This document shows positions 18,641 to 29,188 of a stretch of DNA of 64,000 nucleotides, piece by piece; position 1 is the stretch's first letter; each line of letters opens with the position of its first letter. The notes under the pieces are model-generated. The model was not told the DNA's origin. It made no database searches and saw only the letters and a program-made list of their open reading frames with translations. This DNA is from an uncultured Candidatus Saccharibacteria bacterium. Its GTDB lineage: Bacteria; Patescibacteriota; Minisyncoccia; Phycocordibacterales; UBA9973. The stretch is taken from assembly GCA_964610995.1 (NCBI GenBank), contig CAZSWF010000002.1, forward strand, positions 6,338 through 70,337, given 5' to 3'. Both the position numbers and the translations under genes were made by a program.

Positions 18641-19576
18641 TCATTCTTCTTCTGCCTCCCCTACTTCTCCTGCCTGCATCGCATCGATCATCTTGTCGAT
18701 TTTGCCGAGCATGATGCCTTCGATGTTGGAGAAATTTTGACGGATGCGGTGATCGGTGACACGGTCTTGGGGGAAGTTGTAGGTGCGGATCTTCTCAGAA
18801 CGATCAGCAGTACCAATCTGGTTCTTGCGGTCCCCTGAATACTTTGCAGCTTCTTCCTCTTCCTTGAGCTGCTGGAGCTTGGCAGTGAGGATCATGAGTG
18901 CCTTCTCTCTGTTGTCTACCTGAGATCGCTCTGCAGTACTACGCACGTCGATACCGGTAGGCTTGTGAATGAGACGCACTGCCGTCTCAACTTTGTTGAC
19001 GTTTTGTCCGCCAGCTCCCCCTGAGCGTGAGTACTCCATTTCGAGGTCTGATGGATTGATCACAAACTTCACTTTTTTACGAATCGGAAGAATCGCGATC
19101 GATGCAGTCGAAGTGTGGATGCGACCCATTTTCTCGGTGACTGGTACACGCTGTACGCGATGCACCCCTGTCTCAAAGCGCAGGAGTTTGTATACATCAG
19201 TACCTTTGATCTCGAGCGTATAGTCATCTAGATGCTTACTCTTCCATCCACGTGCATCTGCAAACCGCTCGTACATCGCGACAAGCTCAGTAGCAAATAA
19301 CGCTGCCTCATCTCCTCCGGCACCAGCACGGGCCTCAAGAATGATCTCGTTTGGAAACTCTTCTTCTTCCTTTTCACTTTCTTCGATCGCCTTGACTTGG
19401 TCTTCAATCGCAGTCTTTTGGACAGTGAGTGCTACTAGTTCATCAGCTGCAATATCGTTCATCGACGGATCACTCTCGATCATCGCCCGAACTTCTTGCT
19501 CCTGCTTCAAAAGACGCTCGTATTCAGATGCGAGGTATTGGGTTTTGTGATTCTTTTTTAATTCTTCGAGATTCAT
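18641..19576 (-). CDS. prfA: peptide chain release factor 1 (short form)
   Basis: GGQ motif ([11 protein letters not shown]) and a PVT tripeptide in the [14 protein letters not shown] context, which is the RF1-type PxT and not the SPF of RF2. Confidence 0.8.
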   Translation of the reverse strand: MNLEELKKNHKTQYLASEYERLLKQEQEVRAMIESDPSMNDIAADELVALTVQKTAIEDQVKAIEESEKEEEEFPNEIILEARAGAGGDEAALFATELVAMYERFADARGWKSKHLDDYTLEIKGTDVYKLLRFETGVHRVQRVPVTEKMGRIHTSTASIAILPIRKKVKFVINPSDLEMEYSRSGGAGGQNVNKVETAVRLIHKPTGIDVRSTAERSQVDNREKALMILTAKLQQLKEEEEAAKYSGDRKNQIGTADRSEKIRTYNFPQDRVTDHRIRQNFSNIEGIMLGKIDKMIDAMQAGEVGEAEEE

Positions 19577-19681
19577 AAAGTGCTCTGCAAATCGAGGCGA
19601 GGATATGTATTTTTGGAGAACTGTTTGAGCGAAGCGAGTTTTCAGAGAAAATATATATTCTCGGCGAGGTTTGCTCTTACA

Positions 19682-19933
19682 TTATTTCTTTGCAGCTGCC
19701 GCACGCTTCTTGAAGCGGTCTACACGTCCTGCGGTGTCGATCACCTTTTCGTTTCCAGTATAGAACGGGTGTGACGCACTCGAGATTTCGACACGATATG
19801 CATCGTACTCTGCACCCTTGTAGGTTGCCTTTTCTGATGTCTTGACGGTAGATCCGATCAAAAACTGAGCATCAGAAGAGTTGTCGATAAATACGACTGG
19901 GCGAAAGTTGGTGGGATGGATGTCCTTTTTCAT
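19682..19933 (-). CDS. rpmE: 50S ribosomal protein L31 (non-Zn type)
   Basis: MKKDIHP...[23 protein letters not shown] aligns to L31 and lacks the CxxC pairs. Confidence 0.85.
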   Translation of the reverse strand: MKKDIHPTNFRPVVFIDNSSDAQFLIGSTVKTSEKATYKGAEYDAYRVEISSASHPFYTGNEKVIDTAGRVDRFKKRAAAAKK

Positions 19934-19978
19934 AGGGGCTCAGTATAGCACAAGCGTATTGGAAATCAATACAGAGAG

Positions 19979-21349
19979 CTATCTTCTCGAAACACCATAT
20001 TGTATGAGATAGTCAATATCTGCCTGAATAGCTCTAGTATGCGCCATGACAGAGTTGCCATACCCTGCAACAGCCGCACTTGTCGAACATGCGCGCCCAG
20101 AGTAGTAGCGACACGCTGCGGTTCGCTCGTTTGCCTCCCCTCCAACCGCACCGTTTGCTTTGTGGAGCATACCAGAGGCCATAATCGCATCTCGTGCTAT
20201 CCAAGGATTTGATGTCGCTTTCCCAAGTGCTGCTGCGACTTTACCTTGATACATTTCCCATGTGGATGGGATGAACTGTGACGGCCCCATTGCTCCTCCC
20301 CAGCCGAGCGTACCGATACGACAAGAAACAGGTGTTGTCTCAGGATTGAGTCCGAGTGCTTTGGTAATACGCAAAAACGGTGGAATATCTCGAGTCGGAT
20401 GCATCATTGCGGTGTAGCTCTTTGATGGTGGATCTCCTGCTCTGTTACAAGTACCGACATTGGCACCAAGGTTGGACTCTTGCTTGAGTGTGCCGAGGAT
20501 GAATGCTGCTCGTACACCAGTGGCCGCTTCTGCTTCCTTGGCATAGGCATAGGCTTCTTTGAACGGAATAGCCTTGGTCGCACCTCCCGCAAAACTAAAG
20601 AGTTTGCTTTCGATTGCAGAGACTTTCTTTTGTTGTTCTGCTACGGTTGCCGCAACTCGTTGCTCTTCGGTCTTGCTCGTATCGAGCAAGACTTTGGCTT
20701 CTTTTTGAGAAACAGTTAGTTTACTCTTTTCACTTTCCAGAGCGTTTTTTGCATCTTTTGCCTGTTCTTGTTTGTCGAGAAGTTCAGTTTTCTGCTCCTC
20801 GGTTGCAGAGCGAATGCGCTTGATCTTGTCGAGTGATGCGTAGAGCGACTTCTTGACCGCCATAAAGTCGTCGAGGTCCTGATAAAAGTCGGTCACCGAC
20901 TGCGCTGAGAGTACCACATACGCAGCACCTTTCTGGTCGAGTTCATTGGTGCGCTTGACGAGCTGTTCCATAGATTGTCGCTCACGGTCGAGCTCTCCTG
21001 AGAGACTCGTGATGGCTTTTTCTTTTTCACCAATTTGTTTTGAGAGTGTACCGATCGAGGTGATCTGGTTTTTGATCTTGGTCTGTGTACTGTTGATCTG
21101 GGAGATGATTTTGTTGACGTTGGATTGGAGTGCGCCACTCTTGGATTTCTGCGTGGCGAGCTGACTCTGAAGCTCCTTGAGACGAGCGGTCTCTACTGCG
21201 TAGTCACGACATGCCTGTGCAATGTCTTCAGACGTAGGGTTCAGACAGACTGCTGGCTGTGTATCCGCAGCCTCGGTAGGCACAAGGACTAGGAGTGATA
21301 CTCCGATAGAACATACAAGCGCTATTACAATGAAAAATCTTTTTACCAT
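19979..21349 (-). CDS. secreted coiled-coil protein with C-terminal lytic transglycosylase-like domain
   Basis: Signal peptide, a long heptad-rich region of about 250 aa, then GTLKQESNLGANVGT...GPSQFIPSTW, an MltB/SLT-like motif. Confidence 0.6.
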   Translation of the reverse strand: MVKRFFIVIALVCSIGVSLLVLVPTEAADTQPAVCLNPTSEDIAQACRDYAVETARLKELQSQLATQKSKSGALQSNVNKIISQINSTQTKIKNQITSIGTLSKQIGEKEKAITSLSGELDRERQSMEQLVKRTNELDQKGAAYVVLSAQSVTDFYQDLDDFMAVKKSLYASLDKIKRIRSATEEQKTELLDKQEQAKDAKNALESEKSKLTVSQKEAKVLLDTSKTEEQRVAATVAEQQKKVSAIESKLFSFAGGATKAIPFKEAYAYAKEAEAATGVRAAFILGTLKQESNLGANVGTCNRAGDPPSKSYTAMMHPTRDIPPFLRITKALGLNPETTPVSCRIGTLGWGGAMGPSQFIPSTWEMYQGKVAAALGKATSNPWIARDAIMASGMLHKANGAVGGEANERTAACRYYSGRACSTSAAVAGYGNSVMAHTRAIQADIDYLIQYGVSRR

Positions 21350-21425
21350 ATATGAAGTAAGACCCTTAGTATACCAAGAGTCTTACATCGCGATCTATTG
21401 ATTTATAGTCCAATCTATTGCGTAC

Positions 21426-22058
21426 TTATTCAGCAGCAGGTTCAGCTTCTTCATCTTTCTTGCCTTTTTCTACAACTTCGATAGCACTGAGATCCATTGG
21501 AGCTGATTCTTTTTCTTCTTGGAATGCAGCAATGAGCGCAACGACTTCTTCACCATCAGTCACCATAGTCACACCCTTAGGAAGTGCGATATCTTTAACA
21601 TTGATCTGCATATCAACAGATGCAAGTGGTGTTACGTCCACCTCAAACGCGTGTGGCAAATCTGCAGGGAGCGCTCGTACTTCGACTTCGTGAAGCACTT
21701 TCACAAGTGTACCGAGTCCAACTTTTTCTGCTTCAGCGAGACCTGTGAATTCGATAGGTACAGCGACTTCGATCTCCTTTTTCATGTCGATCACGAGGAA
21801 GTCTACGTGTGTTGGGACGTTCATGATCGGTTCGAGCTGCATGTCGTGGATCAGTGTGGTTACCTTTTCGCCTTCTACATCGAGCGTGACTGCGGTGGTC
21901 TCACCGGCCTCTTTCCATACCTTTGTAAAGTCTTTGGAAGAAATAGTGATAGATACCGCGTCTTTGCCCATGCCGTAGTACACAGCAGGTATCTGGTCAG
22001 CAGCACGGAGTGTCGCAGGGGTCTCGGTGCCTCGTTTGGTTGCAGCTAATGTAATCAT
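21426..22058 (-). CDS. rplY: 50S ribosomal protein L25/general stress protein Ctc
   Basis: MITLAATKRG...IPAVYYG N-terminus and an acidic C-terminal tail, typical of L25/Ctc. Confidence 0.8.
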   Translation of the reverse strand: MITLAATKRGTETPATLRAADQIPAVYYGMGKDAVSITISSKDFTKVWKEAGETTAVTLDVEGEKVTTLIHDMQLEPIMNVPTHVDFLVIDMKKEIEVAVPIEFTGLAEAEKVGLGTLVKVLHEVEVRALPADLPHAFEVDVTPLASVDMQINVKDIALPKGVTMVTDGEEVVALIAAFQEEKESAPMDLSAIEVVEKGKKDEEAEPAAE

Positions 22059-22117
22059 AGTGGGGATACTATACACAATAAGTGTGAGTTTGTAAAATAT
22101 TTGACAATACGTTGTTT

Positions 22118-23791
22118 TTATTTCTTTGTAGCTTCGCCATAATCCCCCTTACTCAAATACTTGGCAATATCATCTTTAGTAACACCTACCTTTTTGTGAG
22201 GGTTCAATATATACATGGGGTCAAAGATTTCTTTGGTTTCTTGGAACAAATTGGTGACGATAGAACCATACTGTTTCTCGAGATAGGGCGAGCGAATGAT
22301 CCCGTCATTGTGCTCGGCAGTGATCGAGCCTTTGAACTCTAGCACCAGATCGTAGACTTTTTCAGAGAGCGTGAGAATGATATCTCGAGTTTTGGGATCC
22401 TTGAGATCCATGAGCGGGATAATGTGAAAGTTGCCATCTCCTGGGTGCCCCGCGATCGTGTACGTGAGATCGTATTTCTTGAGTATGGTGTCGAGCTTGG
22501 GCAAGAACTCTGGCAAGTATTCGGGCTTGACTACAAAGTCATCGATGAATGGCGCGGTGTGTTTACCTTGGACATGCTTGCGGAGCAAATTGAAACTCTC
22601 GTGACGTACATCCCAATACTTTGCTTCTTCGCCTTCACTATGAGTGACATGGGTGAGTACCTTGAACTGGTCTTTGAGCACGTGCGAGAGCGATGTTGCC
22701 TTTTGTTGAATACTCTCGTGATCGTCTCCGGCAAACTCGATGAGTAAGATCATTTTAGGAATACCACCCGCAAGCGTCATAAAAAACTCGGGGATAAATG
22801 AGAACATAAACTTGATCATGCCCCAGAGTTTCTTTTTCTTGAGGAAGTCTCCAAAGAACTTCACTGCAACTTTCAGTGTGTTGTCGTCATAACTTTCGAT
22901 ACTCTCAGGATGCTCAGCGCGCGCGACGTTTACGATACGACCGATATCTTTCATATCCTTGAGGAAGACAACGCAGAGTGTTGAGAACTTCTTGACTGGT
23001 ACCAGCTTGAACGTGATCTCGGTGACGATGCCAAGCGTGCCTTGTGAACCAACAATGAGTCTACAAAGATCAAATGTTTCAGTAGTAGGATCCCAGACGT
23101 TCCAGAGATAGTATCCGGCAGAGTTTTTCGATACGTCCGGTTTTGCACTTGTGATCGTCTTTATATTTTCAGTGATGAGCTTGTACAAGCGTTTGTACAT
23201 ATCTGCTTCAAATCCGACTTCCCCCACCTTGGTCATGAGCTCTTTGCGAGTCATGGGGCGCACGGTGTACTCGTAGCCGTCAGTGAAGACGACCTTGAGC
23301 TCGCGAATATAGTTTTCTACCTTTCCATAATAAATAGACTTCTCTCCCCCTGCATTGTTGGCAACCATTCCTCCCACCGCACACAGATCACGTGACGCAG
23401 TGTATGCAGGCATGATGAGTCCTGCTTTTTTTGTTTCAATATCAAAATCTCGATAGTACGTACCTGGCAACACTCTTGCCCATTGCTCGGCCGCGTTGAC
23501 CTCGAGTGTCCCTGTCATATACCGTGTAGTATCTATAATGATACTCTCGCCGAGTGCGCCCCCACTCATACACGTACCTGCGGCACGCATGGTGATAGCA
23601 AGTGTAGGGTCTGCCTTTTTTTGCTCAGCTACATACTTCACGACTGCCTGTATGTCTGCACTATCTTTGGGAAAGACAACGACCTGTGGTCGCATTTCAA
23701 ACAGTGACGCATCACGAGACGCAGTGTCGAGCGCTGTCTCACTTGTATCGACATCTCCTTTTAGTATTTTTTTCAAATCTTCGGCAAGCAT
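22118..23791 (-). CDS. FAD-linked oxidase (GlcD/D-lactate dehydrogenase family)
   Basis: FAD-binding PCMH-type N-domain (RAAGTCMSGGALG, VGGMVANNAGG) and C-terminal HGDGNFH. Confidence 0.75.
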   Translation of the reverse strand: MLAEDLKKILKGDVDTSETALDTASRDASLFEMRPQVVVFPKDSADIQAVVKYVAEQKKADPTLAITMRAAGTCMSGGALGESIIIDTTRYMTGTLEVNAAEQWARVLPGTYYRDFDIETKKAGLIMPAYTASRDLCAVGGMVANNAGGEKSIYYGKVENYIRELKVVFTDGYEYTVRPMTRKELMTKVGEVGFEADMYKRLYKLITENIKTITSAKPDVSKNSAGYYLWNVWDPTTETFDLCRLIVGSQGTLGIVTEITFKLVPVKKFSTLCVVFLKDMKDIGRIVNVARAEHPESIESYDDNTLKVAVKFFGDFLKKKKLWGMIKFMFSFIPEFFMTLAGGIPKMILLIEFAGDDHESIQQKATSLSHVLKDQFKVLTHVTHSEGEEAKYWDVRHESFNLLRKHVQGKHTAPFIDDFVVKPEYLPEFLPKLDTILKKYDLTYTIAGHPGDGNFHIIPLMDLKDPKTRDIILTLSEKVYDLVLEFKGSITAEHNDGIIRSPYLEKQYGSIVTNLFQETKEIFDPMYILNPHKKVGVTKDDIAKYLSKGDYGEATKK

Positions 23792-23795
23792 AGTG

Positions 23796-24666
23796 TTATG
23801 ACATTCTATTAAACTTCTTGAGCTTCTCGGTCACGACAGCTTCCATCGCCAGTGACGCATTGGTGCCGTATTTGTATGGAGCAATATCGTCAGGATTTTT
23901 GATAATGTATGACTTCAATGCATCTGTATACGCGCGACGGAGTTCGGTGTTGATATGTACTATAGCGATTCCTGCTTCGATCGCCGCATCAAAGTCTGCG
24001 TCTTCTCCACTGCCTCCATGGAGTACAAGTGGAGTGTTGGGAAGTGTTACAGAAATATTTCGTATACATTCTATATCGAGCCGCGGCTTGTCTGCATGTT
24101 TCAACATGCCGTGGAAGTTGCCCACTGCGGGCGCGAGCATGTCAGCACCTGTTGCTTCTATGAAGCTTTTTGCATCTGCAGGTTTGGTTGTCACTGCAAC
24201 ACCAGCAGGTATTTCATCACGCATCTTTGATCCTTCTCCAATAAATCCAAGCTCGATCTCAACTACAATATCTCGACCAGTCATTGTGATAACACTTCGC
24301 GCATATTCAACACATTGTTTTGAAATAGAAATATTTTCTTCAAGTGGTTTGCCGGCGCCGTCATAGATCACTGCGTCAAATCCTGCATCGATCGCGTCTT
24401 TGACCGTTGCAAAACTGTAATGATGATCGGCATTAAGAAATATATCGATACCCCAGTGTTCACGAATAGTTTTCACCAATGCGACTGCTTGGTGAGTACC
24501 GACTGCTTCTTGTTCACCTTCTGAAAGTCCGACAATGACGGGTACGCGCAAGGTCTTGGCAGCACGGGCAATAGCGTAGAGGCCCTCGATGTTGGAAAAG
24601 TTGAAATGCCCAATAGCGACCTTGTTCGCTCGAGCTTCGGCAACGCACTGACGGAGGGATTTCATG
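23796..24666 (-). CDS. fba: class II fructose-bisphosphate aldolase
   Basis: MKSLRQCVAEARANKVAIGHFNFSNIEG, LHGGSG and HINTELR match the FbaA/TBP aldolase family. The start is trimmed to MKSLRQ. Confidence 0.8.
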
Positions 24667-24714
24667 GGTGAAGTGTAGCATACTAGTACATTTGAAATGG
24701 TGTATAATCGGGTA

Positions 24715-25707
24715 ATGGATACCCAAATAGACTTCCTCGCCATTGGCGACATTGTGACCGACGCATTTATTCGTATCAAAGACGCTGAAGCAACCTGCGA
24801 CCTCGACAAGCGCAACTGTCGTCTCTGTGTCCGTTTTGGCGACAAGGTCCCCTACGAGTCTATGACTGAGCTCCGTGCTGTGGGAAACAGTGCAAATGCT
24901 GCAGTCTCTGCTGCACGACTTGGCGTCAAAAGTGCGCTCCTTACTCACCTCGGCAAGGATCTCAATGGGGAGAACTGTATCGCTGAACTCAAGAAAAACA
25001 ACGTCGACACTCACTATGTCTACGCCCACGAAGGTATGAAGACCAACTATCACTACGTGCTTTGGTATGACGTCGATCGCACGATCCTCATCAAGCATGA
25101 GTCGTACCCACTCCTCTTCCCTAGTATCCCTGTCGCTCCCAAAATGCTCTACCTCTCTTCTCTCGGCGACCATACAGAGAAATACCATCAAGATATCGCA
25201 GGCTATATCGCTGCACACCCAGACATGAAGGTAGTCTTTCAACCAGGAACATTTCAGATCAAGCTCGGTACTGATGCGCTCAAAGATATCTATGCGCACA
25301 CCTATGCATTCTTTTGCAATCTCGAAGAAGCAAAGCGTATATTGAACACTGACGAACACGAGATCCCAATGCTGATCAAGACACTGCACAAGCTCGGCCC
25401 CAAGATAGTCTGCATCACTGACGGTATCAACGGAGCGTATGCATCTGATGGTGTTGAAGCATGGTTTATGCCGGTATATCCACATGATCCATACGAACGC
25501 ACTGGTGCAGGTGACGCATTTGCTTCTACTGTCTCTGTGGCACTACTGAAAGGCAAATCACTCTCTGAAGCACTCACGTGGGGACCGATCAACTCTATGT
25601 CAGTCGTACAGTACGTGGGTGCCCAAGAAGGTCTGCTCGACGAGACCAAGCTCACCAAGTATTTATCAGACGCACCTGCGAGCTACGCTCCGCAGCCATT
25701 GTTTTAA
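24715..25707 (+). CDS. PfkB-family carbohydrate kinase
   Basis: N-terminal LAIGDIVTD and C-terminal DPYERTGAGDAFAS (the anion-hole/GAGD motif) are ribokinase-like. Confidence 0.75.
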   Translation: MDTQIDFLAIGDIVTDAFIRIKDAEATCDLDKRNCRLCVRFGDKVPYESMTELRAVGNSANAAVSAARLGVKSALLTHLGKDLNGENCIAELKKNNVDTHYVYAHEGMKTNYHYVLWYDVDRTILIKHESYPLLFPSIPVAPKMLYLSSLGDHTEKYHQDIAGYIAAHPDMKVVFQPGTFQIKLGTDALKDIYAHTYAFFCNLEEAKRILNTDEHEIPMLIKTLHKLGPKIVCITDGINGAYASDGVEAWFMPVYPHDPYERTGAGDAFASTVSVALLKGKSLSEALTWGPINSMSVVQYVGAQEGLLDETKLTKYLSDAPASYAPQPLF

Positions 25708-25720
25708 ATAAAAAATAATT

Positions 25721-26146
25721 ATGCTTCTTGAAGATTTTGGAAAATATTTCAACAATAAAGATATAAAAAAGGATGATGCCCAAGAACACATGAGTGAGAT
25801 GTTGTATGAAAAAGAAAAAAGTGTTGAATCAAGACATGCTTTGTATGAAGAATTTGAAAAACTTCAATCGTCGATTGAGAAATTGGATTCCGAAATCGAT
25901 GAGCTTATTCCTCAACAAAACAAAAGTGGTGTAAGCATGTCTATTGCACAAAAGCACGCAGAACTAAACAATTACCAACGAATACTCGAAGATTTTATTT
26001 TACGGTATCCCACTATTGCGGAAAAAGAACCTGCTAAGCTCGATGCTATGCGAAAGTGGCTAGAAACAAAGAAAGAAACATTGGCAAGCTTACAGAATGT
26101 TCCCTATGACATTACTAGTAAAATTAATAAAATTCGTAACAACTAA
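25721..26146 (+). CDS. hypothetical coiled-coil protein (AT-rich gene)
   Basis: 141 aa, Lys/Glu-rich, in a visibly AT-richer stretch than the flanking genes. Confidence 0.4.
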   Translation: MLLEDFGKYFNNKDIKKDDAQEHMSEMLYEKEKSVESRHALYEEFEKLQSSIEKLDSEIDELIPQQNKSGVSMSIAQKHAELNNYQRILEDFILRYPTIAEKEPAKLDAMRKWLETKKETLASLQNVPYDITSKINKIRNN

Positions 26147-27138
26147 CCCTTCCGTTCTATTGCTTTCATCACCGCAGCAGTGATTGCATCGCGGCCCATG
26201 CCATAGTGTTCGATGAGTTGGTTGGGCGTACCTGACTGTCCAAACTGGTCTTTGACCCCGACAAATTCCATTGGTACTGGATACTGTTGTACGAGCACTT
26301 CTGCGACAGCTGAGCCGAGCCCTCCTGCGATCTGGTGCTCTTCGACAGTCACGACGCATTTGGTTTCCCGCGCAGATGCAAGTATGAGCTCGCTGTCGAT
26401 CGGCTTGATCGTGTGCATGTTTACGACGAGTGCCTTGATATGCTTTGCTTCCAAATCTTTCGCAACTTTAAGTGCGTTTGCAACAAGTGCCCCTGTAGCA
26501 ACGATCGTCACATGTGCAATACCTTCTGGGCGAAAGAGGACTTGCCCTTTCCCTATTTCAAATGGAGTTTCGTCTGTGGTGATGATCGGAGTTTTCTCAC
26601 GAGCGAGACGTAGGTATGCGATGCGAGGTTTGTCAGATAGCGCGAGAGTCGCCCGCTTTGCCTGGATAGCATCGCATGGCGAGATGACAGTCATCCGAGG
26701 GATTACCCGCATGAGTGCGATATCTTCGACGGCTTGGTGTGTGCCACCGTCTGGACCCACAGAGATGCCCGCGTGCGAACCGACGACAACCGCAGGACGG
26801 TCGTTGTAACAGATAGTGGTGCGGATCTGTTCCCAGTTGCGTCCAGGGCTAAACATCGCATACGAAGAAAAGAATGGATACTTGCCCATCGCTGCCATAC
26901 CACTTGCGACCGTTGCGAGGTTTTGCTCAGCGACACCTATTTCAACAAATCGCTCTGAGAACTTGTCACGAAATGCGAGCATTTTCGTACTCTCGGTGAG
27001 GTCGGCACAGAGTGCGACAATGTCTTTGTTTATCTGCGCAGCTTGTACCAAGCCTTCGCCAAATCCATTGCGAATAGGAACCTGCTCGACATCGTCGGCA
27101 AATACTTTGGGGTTGAGTTTTAAGTCAGGGTTGAGCAC
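26143..27138 (-). CDS. tkt: transketolase, C-terminal (pyrimidine-binding) subunit
   Basis: FVEIGVAEQNLATVASGMA and GSHAGISVGPDGGTHQAVEDIALMR are the split-transketolase subunit B pattern. Confidence 0.85.
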   Translation of the reverse strand: MLNPDLKLNPKVFADDVEQVPIRNGFGEGLVQAAQINKDIVALCADLTESTKMLAFRDKFSERFVEIGVAEQNLATVASGMAAMGKYPFFSSYAMFSPGRNWEQIRTTICYNDRPAVVVGSHAGISVGPDGGTHQAVEDIALMRVIPRMTVISPCDAIQAKRATLALSDKPRIAYLRLAREKTPIITTDETPFEIGKGQVLFRPEGIAHVTIVATGALVANALKVAKDLEAKHIKALVVNMHTIKPIDSELILASARETKCVVTVEEHQIAGGLGSAVAEVLVQQYPVPMEFVGVKDQFGQSGTPNQLIEHYGMGRDAITAAVMKAIERKG

Positions 27139-27140
27139 GA

Positions 27141-27413
27141 CTATCGTCTCGATTTTGCTTCTAATTTACTAACGCGAAGTGAGAGCTGGTCAAATTCTCG
27201 GCGGTGAATGAATTTGTCGTGGAGTTCAAGGATATCCGCTTTCGTTGCCATTCTCTTTTCGATGTCTTCAAATCGAGCATCTACGCGTGCAAATCCCTTA
27301 AGCATCATCTCAGCAAGCTTGTCGACATTGCGCGAAAGAGTACTTACGGCACTTGAAAGATTATCAACCTTGGCTTCTAACGTCTTTGGTTGTTTTTTGA
27401 CCACCTTTTTCAT
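27141..27413 (-). CDS. hypothetical small coiled-coil protein
   Basis: 90 aa with charged heptads. It lies between the two transketolase subunit genes. Confidence 0.4.
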   Translation of the reverse strand: MKKVVKKQPKTLEAKVDNLSSAVSTLSRNVDKLAEMMLKGFARVDARFEDIEKRMATKADILELHDKFIHRREFDQLSLRVSKLEAKSRR

Positions 27414-27428
27414 ATCTCTAGTATACTC

Positions 27429-27641
27429 CTACTCTGACACGAGCGTAAAGCGAAGAACTATTTCACCATTATATTCTATCTCATTAAAAAATAAATTCAT
27501 CGGGCGAATATAAATCTTGCCACTATGTAGTTGTTCGTAGACAACCATATCTTCCGCTGTTTCAGAATGCTTGCCAAGAATAATGATCTTATAATCATTT
27601 CCCTTATAGTGCTTCCAAATTTGTCCGGGTTTGAGTTCCAT
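27429..27641 (-). CDS. DUF1653 family protein
   Basis: IWKHYKGNDYKII...HSETAEDMVVYEQL...YIRP matches the DUF1653 consensus. Confidence 0.65.
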   Translation of the reverse strand: MELKPGQIWKHYKGNDYKIIILGKHSETAEDMVVYEQLHSGKIYIRPMNLFFNEIEYNGEIVLRFTLVSE

Positions 27642-28507
27642 TATGTATGTTCACTCTTAATCTTCCCACCCAATGTTCGTAGCTCATCTAGTGCCATGTT
27701 TGCTTCTTCTTTGTTGGGAGCTTTGCCGTGCCATTGGAACTTGCGTTCGAACTCTCGGACGCCTTTGCCCGGGATCGTGCGCGCAATGATCACTGACGGC
27801 TTTTCGAACACTGCCTTTGCTTTGTTCACCGCATTGATCACCGCTTCGATGTTGTTGCCATCTATCTCTTGGACATGCCAGTTGAATGCTTCCCATTTCT
27901 CGGTGAGACTGTCGAGCGGCATGATGTCTTCGGTATAGCCGTCGATCTGGATGTTGTTGCGATCGACGATTGCGATCAGGTTGCGCAGCTTTTCTTTGCC
28001 GGCGAGCATGACTGCTTCCCAGTTGTTGCCTTCGTTGAGCTCACCATCTCCGAGTAGACAATATATGTATTTACTCGAGGTGATGCCATAGTCTATACGA
28101 TCTGCGATCGCCATGCCGACTGCCTGTGAAAGACCTGATCCAAGTGGACCAGAAGAGTTTTCAAGCATTGGCAAGAAGTCTCTGTGTGGATGCCCTTGCA
28201 GACGTGAGCCAAACTTGCGCAGTGTTTGTAATTCTTCTATCGGGAAATAGCCAGCGTGCGCCATTGTTGCATAGAGCACAGGATTGATATGACCGTTTGA
28301 GAGTACAAGTCTGTCGCGGTCTGCCCATGTAGGATCCTCGGGTTTGTGTCGCATGATGTCGAAGTAGAGTGCCGTGAACACATCTGCCATACCAAGTGGT
28401 CCTGCGGTGTGCCCACTTCCCGCTTCTACCAGCATTGAAATAATACTCTCACGAATATCGTTTGCTTTAATCTCTAGTTCTCTGATGGTGAAGTCGCCTG
28501 ATGACAT
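27641..28507 (-). CDS. tkt: transketolase, N-terminal (TPP-binding) subunit
   Basis: GSGHTAGPLGMADV, LSNGH and GDGELNEGNNWEA are TPP-binding motifs of split-transketolase subunit A. Confidence 0.85.
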   Translation of the reverse strand: MSSGDFTIRELEIKANDIRESIISMLVEAGSGHTAGPLGMADVFTALYFDIMRHKPEDPTWADRDRLVLSNGHINPVLYATMAHAGYFPIEELQTLRKFGSRLQGHPHRDFLPMLENSSGPLGSGLSQAVGMAIADRIDYGITSSKYIYCLLGDGELNEGNNWEAVMLAGKEKLRNLIAIVDRNNIQIDGYTEDIMPLDSLTEKWEAFNWHVQEIDGNNIEAVINAVNKAKAVFEKPSVIIARTIPGKGVREFERKFQWHGKAPNKEEANMALDELRTLGGKIKSEHT

Positions 28508-29187
28508 ATAGATTTGAACTTCTGTATTGTACCGTGCAAATCATTTGATTGAAAGATAGCGGAGCCCACCACGAGCACATCAGCACCTGCTTGTACCAAT
28601 GCTGCAGCGTTCTCAAGCGACACTGCACCATCGACTGCGATATGCTTGTCTGGGAAAAGTTGTCGTGCCTTTTTCACTTGCTCAATAACCCGCGGATCAA
28701 ATGGTTGCTTCTGGAAACCTACATTGACTATCCCCATACACTGCACGGTATTGATATATTCACTATAGGGCTGTACCAAAGCAGGATCAGTATCAACAGC
28801 AACCGCCATTCCAAACGATACGGTAGAGCGCACGATCTCCGGCAGGTTCTGTAGATACGGGATCATTTTTTCTGCATCGAGTCCTTCTATATGAAAAATG
28901 ATCTTGGATGGACCAAGCGCGATAAATGTATCGATGTGTGTGAGCGGATCTTTGACCATGAGATCAAACTCATAATCAATTTCTTCCCAATGTGGCAACC
29001 CTTCTTCTTGGGTGAGGAATGCTTCAAGTACATCTTCATTTTTGTTGTTGAACCACCACGTGCGATTGGTTGCAAAGTGTCCATCAACGAAGTCAACCTG
29101 CACAGTGTTAGCTGCACCAACGATTTTCTCGACACCATCTTTGATGTCGTAGTAGCGCATGGGTAGTATAGCGGGGATGATTTTCAT
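28474..29187 (-). CDS. rpe: ribulose-phosphate 3-epimerase
   Basis: MKIIPAILPM..., HIAVDGAV and VVGSAIF form the TIM-barrel Rpe pattern. The 34-bp overlap with the tkt start suggests the tkt start may be later. Confidence 0.75.
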   Translation of the reverse strand: MKIIPAILPMRYYDIKDGVEKIVGAANTVQVDFVDGHFATNRTWWFNNKNEDVLEAFLTQEEGLPHWEEIDYEFDLMVKDPLTHIDTFIALGPSKIIFHIEGLDAEKMIPYLQNLPEIVRSTVSFGMAVAVDTDPALVQPYSEYINTVQCMGIVNVGFQKQPFDPRVIEQVKKARQLFPDKHIAVDGAVSLENAAALVQAGADVLVVGSAIFQSNDLHGTIQKFKSICHQATSPSEN

Positions 29188-29188
29188 A

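Noticed and set aside
18315-18740. Plus-strand ORFs 18315-18740 and 18419-18634 in the six-frame track
   Set aside because: They overlap the manually folded tRNA-Ile and the prfA/rsmI flanks on the opposite strand. They have no motif support and are most likely spurious.
24514-25485. 323-aa minus-strand ORF antisense to the PfkB kinase gene
   Set aside because: The plus-strand frame carries clear ribokinase-family motifs (GAGDAF). The antisense ORF is Cys/Arg-rich low complexity.
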